A stretch of DNA of 64,000 bases from an uncultured Spirochaetota bacterium. GTDB lineage: Bacteria > Spirochaetota > Brevinematia > Brevinematales > JAOACQ01. Position 1 is the first letter of the stretch; each line of letters begins with the position of its first letter. Made by a program: the position numbers and the translations under genes. The DNA lies in assembly GCA_963768055.1 (NCBI GenBank), contig CAVYGN010000002.1, forward strand, positions 288,001 to 352,000, read 5' to 3'. The notes beneath the pieces are model-generated. The model ran no database searches, had not been told where the DNA came from, and saw only the letters and a program-made list of their open reading frames with translations. Positions 32,112 through 42,368 of this stretch are shown in pieces.

Positions 32112-33299
32112 TTGAAAAAGGGCGTAATCGTGCTGTTAGCCTTTATTTTCATACCGAAATTCCTGTCGGGGACCGTTTTTCATTACGATAACTCGATAGG
32201 CCGCAAGATCAGGATCAAAAATATCGTCACCCAGGAAATTTTCATAAACGGGGTAATGCAGGAAAAAGTTGAATCGATGAATAAGGCCGTACTCGAAACC
32301 ATGCAGGAATCGAATGATTACACGCTTTACAAGGGAAAATTCGAATATTACGAAAAAAATCTTTCGGCCGGCGATCCTTATAAATTGATCAATGTTTATG
32401 ACAGCAGCTTTTTCCAGGACATCCGCGGCAATATGAAAATTTCCCCCGATATTTTAAAACCCGACGTTCGGAACGTCCCGACATTCCCGACAAACGATTT
32501 AAAGCCGGGCGATTCCTGGAAGGCCCCGGGAGAGGAGGTCCAGGAGGGCGTATTCGATTCCAACGCAATAATAATTTCAGATTTCGACGCGGATTACGCC
32601 TACCTTGGAGACGAAAGCATCGGGGCTACGAACTATTCAAAAATCTCTATAGACTATCAAATAGTCGATTATCCGAAAAACGATCCGAATATATTCAGCA
32701 TTACCGGCTATTCGCACATCATTTATTACTGGGACACCTCCCATAATAGCCCCGGCTTCTATAACGATAAATTTTCCCTGCTTTATACAAGCCATGCGGG
32801 GGAGACGGTTCTGATAAAGAGCGCATCGCAGGGCCGGGGAGAGCTCGTCAGCGATACGACGTCCGACAGGAAAAAACAGATTGTTTCAGAAATGAACGTA
32901 AGCATTCCGACAAACAGCGGAATGTCGGTCAGGGAAGTCGCCGACGGCATAATACTCAGCCTCGGCAATATACTCTTCGATTTCAATAAATTCACATTGA
33001 AAAAAGGGTTCGATAGTAAACTTGAAAAGGTCGCAGAAGTACTGAAAAAATATCCTTCGATAGACCTGACCGTGTCGGGTTTTACCGACAATATCGGCAG
33101 TGAAGAATATAACACCGTCTTATCCGAAAACCGGGCTAAAACGGTCGCGGATTTCCTGATCGGCCATGGCATAAGCCCGTCAAGGCTTTCCTATTCAGGA
33201 TACGGCAGCTCCAACCCGGTTTCCGCAAACGACAGCGAAGAAGGCCGTGCTCTGAACAGGCGCGTAGAGATCAAATTGATCACTAAAGAGGAGCCCTGA
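32112..33299 (+). CDS. OmpA-family protein
   Basis: ILFDFN, GFTDNIG..YN..LSENRA, NRRVEI. Confidence 0.9.
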   Translation: MKKGVIVLLAFIFIPKFLSGTVFHYDNSIGRKIRIKNIVTQEIFINGVMQEKVESMNKAVLETMQESNDYTLYKGKFEYYEKNLSAGDPYKLINVYDSSFFQDIRGNMKISPDILKPDVRNVPTFPTNDLKPGDSWKAPGEEVQEGVFDSNAIIISDFDADYAYLGDESIGATNYSKISIDYQIVDYPKNDPNIFSITGYSHIIYYWDTSHNSPGFYNDKFSLLYTSHAGETVLIKSASQGRGELVSDTTSDRKKQIVSEMNVSIPTNSGMSVREVADGIILSLGNILFDFNKFTLKKGFDSKLEKVAEVLKKYPSIDLTVSGFTDNIGSEEYNTVLSENRAKTVADFLIGHGISPSRLSYSGYGSSNPVSANDSEEGRALNRRVEIKLITKEEP

Positions 33300-33309
33300 T
33301 TAAGCCGCC

Positions 33310-34479
33310 GTGAAAAAATTTATTTTCAGCCCCGCTTTTATCCTTCTCTTCATGGAAAATTTTTTCTTTTTTACCGCCCGCAGTTCCCTCTGTATGCTGC
33401 CCCCTTATCTGACCGCCCTGGGGGCCTCGAAGGGATACATCGGGTTCTTTATGAACATCAATGCGCTTATGCTTGTCCTTTTTGTAATTTTCTTTAACCG
33501 GATATTTTCACATTTTAAAAAGAAACAGCTTTTGCTTACCGGTTTCCTGCTTCAACTCATTTCAACGCTTTTTATGTTCGTTTTTCCCCAAAACCTCTAC
33601 GTTCTCCTTATCCTGCAATTAACAGGTTCATTATCTTACGCTTTCGGCTTTACAATAAACTCATCCATCGCTTTCGAGATCATACCTCCTCAAAAAAGAA
33701 CAGGCGGAATCGCCATTTTCGGTTTATCCGGGGTCATGGCGTCGCCTGCAGGCTCTTTTCTCGGAGAGAAGGTTTCCAGCCTCCTCCAGCCGAAATACCT
33801 TTTTCTCCTGTCGGCATTATTTTGCATATCGGCTATAGTCTGTGTTTTTTTTATACCCGGGGAGAAATCCGACGAGGAACGCCGGGCTGTTTCTTTCTGG
33901 CGGATAATAGTAAAAAGGGACTTGAGCTTGTTATTTGTCTACGGCCTCGTACTGGGCGGCGCATGGAGCGTACTGGCGACATTCATCCCGGATTTCACAA
34001 GGGTCAGGCTCGGAATTGCAAATCTTTCCTCGTATTTTCTAGCCAATACGATCATCGCTATCCTCTCGAGGACGGTATTCGCTAAAACTATCGACAACAC
34101 GCCGAGGAAAAGGCTGATCGCCGCCGCCCTTATTCTGATCTTTCTGTCCATGGGCATGACAGGCTTCCTCGCATTCCACTGGCAGTTATACGCCATCGGC
34201 ATTCTTTACGGACTGGGGCATTCTATCCTCTATCCCGTCCTGAACGCCTCCTTCGTCGACAGCGGGAAGGGGACCGATAAATTCTCACTGTCAAACGCAT
34301 TCATAGCGACGTATACCTTAGGCAACGTAGCGCTCAGCACCCTCCTCGGGGTCCAGGGCGACTGGCTGGGCAGGCTTTTCGGTGAAAACGGGGGCCTCAC
34401 CTCGATCTTTGTTTCAATGGGCCTGCTGGCGGCTCTCTGCGTCCCGGCCGTATTCGTCCTTAAAGAAAGATCATCGTAA
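33310..34479 (+). CDS. MFS transporter
   Basis: Many hydrophobic segments in an MFS-like 6+6 layout. Confidence 0.85.
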   Translation: MKKFIFSPAFILLFMENFFFFTARSSLCMLPPYLTALGASKGYIGFFMNINALMLVLFVIFFNRIFSHFKKKQLLLTGFLLQLISTLFMFVFPQNLYVLLILQLTGSLSYAFGFTINSSIAFEIIPPQKRTGGIAIFGLSGVMASPAGSFLGEKVSSLLQPKYLFLLSALFCISAIVCVFFIPGEKSDEERRAVSFWRIIVKRDLSLLFVYGLVLGGAWSVLATFIPDFTRVRLGIANLSSYFLANTIIAILSRTVFAKTIDNTPRKRLIAAALILIFLSMGMTGFLAFHWQLYAIGILYGLGHSILYPVLNASFVDSGKGTDKFSLSNAFIATYTLGNVALSTLLGVQGDWLGRLFGENGGLTSIFVSMGLLAALCVPAVFVLKERSS

Positions 34480-34596
34480 TTTCGGAAATCCTCCCCAGTT
34501 ATCCTCGAAATGACAACTAAAACAACTAAAAAGATTTGAAATATAAACCATGAACTGCTATAATATCTGTCATTATTGCTATTGGAGAAAGTACCA

Positions 34597-35670
34597 ATGA
34601 AAAAACTCAGAGCGGGGATCATAGGCGCTACCGGAATGGTTGGACAGCGTTTTGCGACTATCCTCGAAAATCATCCGTGGTTCGATACCGCGCTTCTGGC
34701 GGCAAGCCCGGTGTCGGCCGGCAAACCCTACGCGGAAGCTGTCAGGGGCCGGTGGTCTATGAAAAACCCTATACCGGAAAAGTTATCTCAAATGATTGTC
34801 TATAACGCGTCCGATTGTGAAAAGATCGCCATGGAAGTGGATTTCGTGTTCTGCGCTGTCGATATGCCAAAGGCCGAGGTTTTGAAACTCGAAGAAAGAT
34901 ACGCCAGGCTTGAAATCCCGGTGATCTCCAATAATTCCGCTTCACGGGGCTTTTCGGACGTCCCGATGGTCATACCTGAAATAAATCATGGGCATCTTGC
35001 CGTAATAGAAACCCAGAGGAAACGCCTCAATACGAAAAAGGGCTTCATAGCTGTAAAACCCAACTGCTCAATACAGAGCTACGTCCCGGCAATTCACCCC
35101 CTTCTGGATTACAGGCCTGTAAAAGTGCTTGCCTGCACTTACCAGGCCATTTCCGGGGGCGGTAAAACCTTCAAAAGCTGCCCCGAGATGGTCGATAACG
35201 TAATCCCATTCATAAGCGGCGAGGAGCAGAAAAGCGAAAAAGAACCGCTGAAAATCTGGGGCGAGGTAAGGGACGGAAACGTAGTTAACGCTGCCGGACC
35301 CTTGATCACCTCGCAATGCATCCGCGTCCCTGTTACCGACGGCCACATGGCCGCTGTTTTCGTAGCCTTTGAAAAAAAGCCGCCGCGCGATGAAATACTT
35401 TCAAGATGGAAATCCTTCACCGGCAAACCGCAAAATTTGGGACTTCCGAGCGCCCCGGTCCCTTTCCTGACCTATTTTGAGGAAGAAAACAGGCCTCAGA
35501 CCGCACTCGACAGGGAAATAAACAGGGGCATGGGCATATCCATCGGCAGGCTGAGGGAAGATCCGATCTTCGACTATAAATTTGTCTGCCTATCCCATAA
35601 TACCATTCGCGGAGCAGCAGGAGGAGGGGTCCTCATAGCGGAACTCCTCATGGAGGAAGGGTATCTTTGA
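34597..35670 (+). CDS. asd: Aspartate-semialdehyde dehydrogenase
   Basis: GATGMVGQ, PNCS, QAISGGG, HNTIRGAAG. Confidence 0.95.
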   Translation: MKKLRAGIIGATGMVGQRFATILENHPWFDTALLAASPVSAGKPYAEAVRGRWSMKNPIPEKLSQMIVYNASDCEKIAMEVDFVFCAVDMPKAEVLKLEERYARLEIPVISNNSASRGFSDVPMVIPEINHGHLAVIETQRKRLNTKKGFIAVKPNCSIQSYVPAIHPLLDYRPVKVLACTYQAISGGGKTFKSCPEMVDNVIPFISGEEQKSEKEPLKIWGEVRDGNVVNAAGPLITSQCIRVPVTDGHMAAVFVAFEKKPPRDEILSRWKSFTGKPQNLGLPSAPVPFLTYFEEENRPQTALDREINRGMGISIGRLREDPIFDYKFVCLSHNTIRGAAGGGVLIAELLMEEGYL

Positions 35671-36827
35671 AAATCGACGATGTACCCTCTTCAAAGATAA
35701 CTATTTTTGCACACTTCAGCGTTACAGGCGCTACCGAAGAACTCAGGGACTGGCTCCTGTCCCGAAAAATTAAAGAACTCGTTTATATCGCTTTTCCATT
35801 CGGGGGCTACTCGCAAGGCGCATCCTCCAGCCGGATCAAGGTCTTTGTTTACAGGTACGGAAAGCTTGCAAGGACAAAGGAATCTTTTGTCAGGTTCAAA
35901 AAACCCGAGATCGTTTCATACGTCAAAGATTTTATATACGCGCTTTATTACGGCTTCTTATTCTGCAAAAAAAACGATATTCTTTTCGGCGGGGATAATC
36001 TTCTGGCGATGGCCGGAAATATATTGAAACTGGCGGGGATCGTGAAAAAAACCGTTTATTACATGATCGATTACACGCCCGTGAGGTATAAAAACCCTTT
36101 CATAAACGGCCTGTACTATGCCTTCGACAGGAGGGCGTCGTACGGATCCGACGCAGTCTGGCCCCTCTGCGATAAGACCATCGGGGGAAGGTTCGACGAC
36201 GGCAGGCTGAGTAATTGCAGGGTGAGATGGTATCCTGTCCCGTACGGCAATCATTTCAATGATTTTTTCCCAAAGTTCAAACATAATAAAATGAAAATAG
36301 CCTATATGGGGAGGATCGATAAATTAAAGGGCGCCGAACTCCTTATCCCCCTCGCGGAATATCTGCTGAAGAAAAAAGCCGGTTTTAAAATCACGGCCAT
36401 CGGAGACGGCCCTTACTCGGAGACTTTCAGGGAAGATATAAAAAACAAGGGTCTTTCAGGTTCTATAGATTTCATAGGCTACATCGAAAGGTTCGAAGAT
36501 GTCATGCAGATACTTCTTACCTGCGGAATAGCGATCGCCCCTTACTACCCCTTCGACAGGAACAACTATACCTTTTACGCCGACCCCGGAAAGATCAAGT
36601 CGTACCTGGGGGCGGGCCTGCCTGTCGTCCTTACTTCCGTACCGCCGGTCGCGGCCCTGATAAAAGAAAAAGGGGCGGGCCTCATAGCAGAATACGATCC
36701 GCAGAGCTTCGGGGATAGGATCATAGAAATAATGGATAATTACGGCGGTTTCGAAAAGCGCGCGGCGAAGCTCGGGGAAGAGTTCGACTGGGAAAGGGTG
36801 CTGACCGAGGCTTTTGAAAAACTCTAA
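35667..36827 (+). CDS. Glycosyltransferase family 4 (GT-B)
   Basis: YMGRI...KG, IGDGP, KIKSYLGAGLPVV. Confidence 0.85.
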   Translation: MKIDDVPSSKITIFAHFSVTGATEELRDWLLSRKIKELVYIAFPFGGYSQGASSSRIKVFVYRYGKLARTKESFVRFKKPEIVSYVKDFIYALYYGFLFCKKNDILFGGDNLLAMAGNILKLAGIVKKTVYYMIDYTPVRYKNPFINGLYYAFDRRASYGSDAVWPLCDKTIGGRFDDGRLSNCRVRWYPVPYGNHFNDFFPKFKHNKMKIAYMGRIDKLKGAELLIPLAEYLLKKKAGFKITAIGDGPYSETFREDIKNKGLSGSIDFIGYIERFEDVMQILLTCGIAIAPYYPFDRNNYTFYADPGKIKSYLGAGLPVVLTSVPPVAALIKEKGAGLIAEYDPQSFGDRIIEIMDNYGGFEKRAAKLGEEFDWERVLTEAFEKL

Positions 36828-37022
36828 CCATAGGGGGTAAAAGCATTTATCTTGCTAAAATACTGAAAACACGGTCTACGGCTTTCCCTCAGGGGAATTT
36901 GTACAGGGATTCATTTTTCTCAAGTTACTGACAAACAATGAAATTTTGATAAATATTTTGGACCGGCTTAAAATGAAGATAGCGGGCTTCGATGGCGAAT
37001 CGGTTAAAAAAGGAGAAAATCC

Positions 37023-37334
37023 ATGTTTTGTTCTAATTGCGGGAAGGAAATTTCAAGTGAAGCTAATTATTGCCAATTCTGCGGCCATAAGATCAAACAA
37101 TATCAAATTCAAATTATGGATGCAAGCCCGCGAAGTCAGATAGCGGCGACAATCTTATGCTTTTGCCTGGGAGGAATCGGAGTTCACCGGTTTTATGTGG
37201 GGAAAGTCGGCACAGGAATTTTAATGATATGTACAATCGGCGGCCTGGGCATCTGGTGGCTTATAGATTTTATCATGATCGTTACAAGTTCCTTTACCGA
37301 CAAGGAAGGAAGACTGGTTGCGGGGTGGGAGTAA
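37023..37334 (+). CDS. Zinc-ribbon + TM2 domain protein
   Basis: FCSNCG..YCQFCG; GGIGVHRFYVG..W.LID. Confidence 0.9.
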   Translation: MFCSNCGKEISSEANYCQFCGHKIKQYQIQIMDASPRSQIAATILCFCLGGIGVHRFYVGKVGTGILMICTIGGLGIWWLIDFIMIVTSSFTDKEGRLVAGWE

Positions 37335-37416
37335 GGGGATCGGCCGCCTGAAATTTCTCCGATTGCGTATATATATATATATACAGAAAAATATTAAACA
37401 TACTCTTGAGGATTCG

Positions 37417-37950
37417 TCATTTTTTGTCTTTTACGAGGTTCATTATAAAATTCCTGAAATTATTTATATCATTTTCATCCGGATACGCATTCATATCGGC
37501 CCTGTAATTCTTCCAATCATCCTTTTCTTTTTTGAAAACCATCATTTTTATGAAAATCGAAATCAGTCTGGGAGGCTTGCCTCTGCAATGAAAGTAATTA
37601 TACCGTTCGATTGAATTATCTTTACAATACTGCCGGAAATATGTTTCACAGCCCTTTGCCCATGAATCATAATACGGCCCGCTATCATATGTTGAATGCG
37701 TGACAAAACAAGCGATATTTTTATTTTTGTGTAAAGAATTGAAAAGTTTTAGAACCGGTCTTGCCATTGAATTAGAATCACAGTAAGACCCTATGATTAA
37801 AAGGTCGAATAATTGTTCGTTTTTATAATTATATTTTTTGATCGGAATGAGCGATACATTATTGGATAAATCAGTAAATAATTCGGCTGCATATTCCGCA
37901 AGTTTTTCAGTATTCCCGGTTTTTGAGCAATAGATAATTCCAATATTCAT
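37417..37950 (-). CDS. Flavodoxin-like protein
   Basis: IYCSKTGNTEKLA. Confidence 0.85.
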   Translation of the reverse strand: MNIGIIYCSKTGNTEKLAEYAAELFTDLSNNVSLIPIKKYNYKNEQLFDLLIIGSYCDSNSMARPVLKLFNSLHKNKNIACFVTHSTYDSGPYYDSWAKGCETYFRQYCKDNSIERYNYFHCRGKPPRLISIFIKMMVFKKEKDDWKNYRADMNAYPDENDINNFRNFIMNLVKDKK

Positions 37951-37962
37951 AAAAACTCCTGC

Positions 37963-38358
37963 TTAAAGCTTTTCTTGCACTAAATCCATCAGTTTTCTAA
38001 TATCCTCCGAATAAGCCAGTCCGTCGATCCGGTCTAGTTTTTCAAGCAAAAAAAACGCTTTATTGTAATTCAATTCCGTTTCATTTCTATTACCAAGCGA
38101 CTCCTGCTTTTGCGCTTCATGGATCAAAAGGGCCGCCGCCAGATAAGCCTTTATTGCATAAGTATCCGGATTCATTCCTAAAATTCCTGCAAGAGCGGGC
38201 CCATCCAAACTTAATAAAGTATTATATGGCAGACCGATTTTTTCACTGGAAATACTTTCGATATCTCCGGATTCCCATTTCGTACCATTTATTAAAGCCG
38301 TAAGAAAATCACCCATGAATTCGATTATCCGTAATATAAAATCGTCCCGCAGTTCCAT
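37963..38358 (-). CDS. Hypothetical protein
   Basis: 131-aa ORF with upstream AAGGA RBS. Confidence 0.6.
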   Translation of the reverse strand: MELRDDFILRIIEFMGDFLTALINGTKWESGDIESISSEKIGLPYNTLLSLDGPALAGILGMNPDTYAIKAYLAAALLIHEAQKQESLGNRNETELNYNKAFFLLEKLDRIDGLAYSEDIRKLMDLVQEKL

Positions 38359-38422
38359 GAAATATTTTCCTTATATTTGATTTCGAATCGTAAATCAATT
38401 CTGTTATGAAAAATTATAATAT

Positions 38423-38591
38423 GGGCACTTCTAATAACTGCCCCCCTTACGGGGACAAGCCCTTTGGGGCAGCAAGGTAGTGCACCTGTCCTGGGGACTG
38501 GCACCAGTCCAGGCACCAGGGCCCATTGGGCGGAATTATTAAGATTCATTATTATGATTGTTTTTCAAAAATCTAGTTTTTGGAACCGCCC
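38423..38591. mobile_element. MITE-like repeat, copy 3, flanked by ATAT/ATAT
   Basis: Same termini as copies 1 and 2; overlaps 3' end of the methyltransferase gene. Confidence 0.75.
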
Positions 38592-39138
38592 ATATGAAAG
38601 GAATAAACATTTTGGTTTTTCCCATATATTGTATATACTCATTCCCGAACCTGCCAATCATTTCCTTTTCCTCTACTTTGGCGGTAAATATTATTGATAT
38701 TATATTTATAATTAACAATACCAGTTGAATGAAACCGGTTTGTTTTAACAGCGCTCCAAATCCCAGTAGAATTAAAGAAAGATATAAGGGGTGCCTTATA
38801 TATTTAAATAAACTGATTGATATTATATTGGTTGTATTTTCAAGTTTCCCTTTCGGCTTACCAATCACTTTCAGAAGGTAAAACCCCAAGGATGCAATAA
38901 TAATTGATGATAATAAAAAGATCCATGATATTATTTGCATAACCTTAAAGGGATTAATAAACCAATATTTCGCATTTATTATAATTAAAATAAAAATACT
39001 TTCGAAAGAAAAAAATCTAAAAATACCATGATACCTTTTATCTTTTATTGAAGCCCACCATGAAAAGATGATAATCAATATTGTTCCCAAAATAATAAAT
39101 ATAATGGAAATATTATTCATGATAATTACCTCTATCAT
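38539..39138 (-). CDS. Isoprenylcysteine carboxylmethyltransferase/PEMT family membrane protein
   Basis: YIRHPLY, EEKEM..RFG.EY, FIPFI. Confidence 0.85.
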   Translation of the reverse strand: MIEVIIMNNISIIFIILGTILIIIFSWWASIKDKRYHGIFRFFSFESIFILIIINAKYWFINPFKVMQIISWIFLLSSIIIASLGFYLLKVIGKPKGKLENTTNIISISLFKYIRHPLYLSLILLGFGALLKQTGFIQLVLLIINIISIIFTAKVEEKEMIGRFGNEYIQYMGKTKMFIPFIWAVPKTRFLKNNHNNES

Positions 39139-39275
39139 TATAGTATAAAATTAAATTGAAAAAAAGAAATTTTCATTTCAATATTCTTCAATTGATATCC
39201 CATCAGGTGAACACGGATTTTGGGGGATTTTTACAGGGAGTCGCGGAACGACCTGCTCGAGTAGAATTACAATAA

Positions 39276-40265
39276 TTATACCCCGAAAGCCTTCGCCAGG
39301 ACTTCCATAAAAGCCTTTTGGGGAAGGACCGCTTTTAATAACGGAAGGGCAACAGCCTGGGAGAAAGTTCCGGATTTATAATGGAGTTTAGGTTTTTTGC
39401 TGCGAATGATCTTCAAAATCTTTTTTGAAACGGTATAAGGAGGCGGGGCTACTATATGATTTGTTATAAATATTTTCCACATGTCCTTCGACCGGTCATA
39501 ATAGGAAGAATCTTTTAGCGTGGGCAGTTCATCAACCATCGTCCCGATATCGGTCGATGATAGTTTTCCCCCGCTCTTATGGCGGCCGATCATATTTGCG
39601 TCAACGCTTGTATTTATATCTCCAGGAAGCAATGAAGAAACGCTTATGTTGAACGGTTTTAATTCATTATAAAGAGATTCGGTAATGCGCTCAACACCCG
39701 ATTTGGCAGCGGAATAATGGGAAGAGAACGGCAATCCGACTATCGCAGCCAGCGAGGTCGTATTTATGATCAGGCCGGCCTTGCGGGATCTCATGTGAGG
39801 AAGGACCGCTTTTATGACCCGGAGCTGGCCGAAATAATCCACTTCAAATAGTTTCTTCGCTTCTTCAATGGAGACTTCTTCGACAGGCCCCCAATATACG
39901 TACCCGGCGTTATTGATCAGGACATCGATCGGACCGGCGGATTCAATCCTTTCGACCGCGTTCCTGACCGAATTTTCATCGGTTACATCCATTGTAACAT
40001 ACTGAATTTTTTTTAAATATACGGGAAGATCTTGAACCAGGGCTTTCTCTGCAATAATCCTGTCCTCGCTGACTTTCCTTTTTTCCGGACCGGTAAAACG
40101 ATATTTTGAATTATCCCGCAAGAAAATCTCACGAAGTTTGTCAATATCGGTATTTTTCGGATCTCTCGACGTGCCTATTACAGTATAGCCTTTTGAAGCC
40201 AGGTAAACCGCATGCGACAAACCCAATCCGGACGATGCCCCGGTAATAAAAATTTTTCCCGGCAT
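39276..40265 (-). CDS. SDR family oxidoreductase
   Basis: TGASSGLG, NNAG, YSAAK. Confidence 0.92.
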   Translation of the reverse strand: MPGKIFITGASSGLGLSHAVYLASKGYTVIGTSRDPKNTDIDKLREIFLRDNSKYRFTGPEKRKVSEDRIIAEKALVQDLPVYLKKIQYVTMDVTDENSVRNAVERIESAGPIDVLINNAGYVYWGPVEEVSIEEAKKLFEVDYFGQLRVIKAVLPHMRSRKAGLIINTTSLAAIVGLPFSSHYSAAKSGVERITESLYNELKPFNISVSSLLPGDINTSVDANMIGRHKSGGKLSSTDIGTMVDELPTLKDSSYYDRSKDMWKIFITNHIVAPPPYTVSKKILKIIRSKKPKLHYKSGTFSQAVALPLLKAVLPQKAFMEVLAKAFGV

Positions 40266-40612
40266 AAATTTTTCCTCCTCTGTGTATAATTTATTAAACT
40301 TTATAATCAATTAAAACAAAAAATGACCTATTATAATATTACTTTATTACTTTTTTATCAATAGTAGGGGGGAGGCGCTGAGGATCCTTGGACCTTCCCT
40401 GACGCACAAGATCTGGGCAGTGTCCGGCAGCTCCCCGGCCAGCTTAAGACAATTCTACTCTTTTGATCTTTCAGAAGGCTTTAATTATAATACAGAAAGG
40501 TTTAAATTTGCCGGAGTTTAATAAATGAGTAAAATAGGACCCAATGAACCATGTAGAATGCGGTAAAGTGGACGCGAGCCATTTGGAAAATATCGAATAA
40601 TATAATCACTTT

Positions 40613-41419
40613 ATGGAGGGTAATTTGATGAGATTTGTATTATCCTTAGTCTTGGCTGTTCTATGCCTCGGATCGATGCATTCCCAAAGTACGGCAAATA
40701 AAGGCCCTTTCTTCTTCGTCCAGATCACCGATACCCATCTCGGAGACCCGGCAGGCGATAACAGGATAAACAAGGTCATCGAGGCAATCAACAGCCTGCC
40801 CTTCCCTGTTGAATTCGTAGTCCACACCGGGGATATAGTTAACAATAAAATGTCGGATAAGGATTTTATTTCGAAAGTCCGGGGCATGTTTAATAAGATA
40901 AAGTACCCGGTTTATTTTGTAGCGGGAAACCATGACATCTTCCCCGGCGAAATCGAACAGGACCTCGACAACTATACGAATTTTTTCGGGCCCCTGGCCC
41001 ATGAAGAGGACCTGCATGGCGTGCGGTTCCTTTTTGTTTATACCGAGCCCTGGGCCGGTAAGATTTCAATCCCGGGATACGACCCGAAGGCCTGGCTGGA
41101 AAAGTCCCTTAAAGATAAGCCGGGGATGCCCGTCATCATCCTTCACCACAGGCCGAACGCAGGGGATTTTTTCAACAATGAGGTGCATGACAACTGGCCT
41201 GCGGCAGCTGAGAAGGAATGGGAGATGTTGATTTCTTCCGATACTAATATAAACGCCGTTCTATGCGGACATTTCCACAGGGACGAGCTTTACTGGATAA
41301 CCGGTGTACCGGAATATGTCTGCCCCCCTGTTGTCGCGTTTTTCGGACGGCAGACCTGCATCAGGATCTATGAATACCGTGACGGCCGCCTGTCCTACAG
41401 GACGGATTATATAGAATAA
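40613..41419 (+). CDS. Secreted calcineurin-like metallophosphoesterase
   Basis: DTH, TGD, GNHD, GHFH. Confidence 0.92.
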   Translation: MEGNLMRFVLSLVLAVLCLGSMHSQSTANKGPFFFVQITDTHLGDPAGDNRINKVIEAINSLPFPVEFVVHTGDIVNNKMSDKDFISKVRGMFNKIKYPVYFVAGNHDIFPGEIEQDLDNYTNFFGPLAHEEDLHGVRFLFVYTEPWAGKISIPGYDPKAWLEKSLKDKPGMPVIILHHRPNAGDFFNNEVHDNWPAAAEKEWEMLISSDTNINAVLCGHFHRDELYWITGVPEYVCPPVVAFFGRQTCIRIYEYRDGRLSYRTDYIE

Positions 41420-41428
41420 GAAGGGAAT

Positions 41429-41506
41429 ATGAAAGCTATTGTCTGCCACGGGTACGGAACGCCCGATATTCTCATGTATGAAGACATCGAAAAACCGACC
41501 CCCGGG
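41429..41506 (+). pseudogene. N-terminal stub of an MDR/quinone-oxidoreductase-type dehydrogenase
   Basis: MKAIVCHGYGTPDILMYEDIEKPTPG, then similarity ends. Confidence 0.7.
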
Positions 41507-41584
41507 TCACTTGGGGTGCCGCATTGCAGTGGTGGGGAATCCAGGCGGCCTGGACAAATATTGCCTATAATTGCTGATATTTAA

Positions 41585-41615
41585 CCAGTATGTCGATGAA
41601 ATATCGACATACTGG
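41585..41615. promoter_or_regulatory. Perfect 13-bp inverted repeat upstream of AbiEi-like start
   Basis: CCAGTATGTCGAT-gaaat-ATCGACATACTGG. Confidence 0.6.
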
Positions 41616-41623
41616 AGAATTTT

Positions 41624-41797
41624 ATGGTTAATTTAGGGAATCTTGCTTCCGAACTTGATTATCTTGCTATAATGAATGCTCTTTCAGGTTACAAGCAGCC
41701 AAGAGATAAACTGACAAAACTTCTAATTAACGGTGATTTGATAAGAGTAAAAAAAGGGATTTTTAATTGCTTCACCTGGAAAGTCCTTGATCGATAA
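41624..41797 (+). pseudogene. Truncated AbiEi-like antitoxin N-terminus
   Basis: LDY..IMNALSGYKQPRDKLTKLL..GDLIRVKKGIF. Confidence 0.65.
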
Positions 41798-41850
41798 GAT
41801 TTTTTCGACTGTGATGCTGAAAATATGGATGACGTGAAGGAATACATTAT

Positions 41851-42237
41851 TTGCTTGAACCAGTGCCTATAAGTGTGCGATTATACTCTCCTTCAAGTAT
41901 TTTCAGCGGAAAAATGCATGCTGTCCTTTTCAGAGGCTGGAAGAACAGGGTGAAGGGCAGGGACTGGTACGATATGGTATTTCTTATAGGGCAGGGTATT
42001 GCTGTCAGTCTTTCGCATCTAAAAGAAAGGCTTGTTCAAACAGTGCACTGGAAACCTGGTGATAATTTCAGTAAAAATGATCTGCTGCAAATGCTAGAAA
42101 AAAGAATTGAGCAGACGGATTTTGACTCTGCAAAAAACGACGTGCTCCCATTCATCAAAGATCCTGATTCTGTGAGAGTCTGGTCGAAAGAGTTTTTTAG
42201 AGGGCTTTTATTGAAACTCAAAACAGTAGATTTATAG
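41851..42237 (+). pseudogene. AbiEii nucleotidyltransferase toxin, C-terminal fragment
   Basis: GKMHAVLFRGWKNRVKGRDWYD, DVLPFIKDP; N-terminal half absent. Confidence 0.8.
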
Positions 42238-42315
42238 TCCCCTTATATTCTTCCCATAGATTCTTTAAATTAACCCCTGGCCTGGTTAATTCCTTTAATA
42301 TGGTTCTATTTTAAC

Positions 42316-42368
42316 AAAAGCGGAAAACCAGATCGGTGAAAAGCGGAAAATTTAAACCGGTGTTAACA
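42316..42368. mobile_element. Orphan IS21-like terminus
   Basis: Reverse strand TGTTAACACCGG.. with two CACCG..TTTTCCGCTTTT repeats. Confidence 0.55.

Noticed and set aside
37366..37384. (TA)n run after the TM2 gene
   Set aside because: Short intergenic microsatellite between convergent genes with no evidence of function
38325..38697. ORFs 38325-38549 and 38464-38697
   Set aside because: Read-through of MITE sequence
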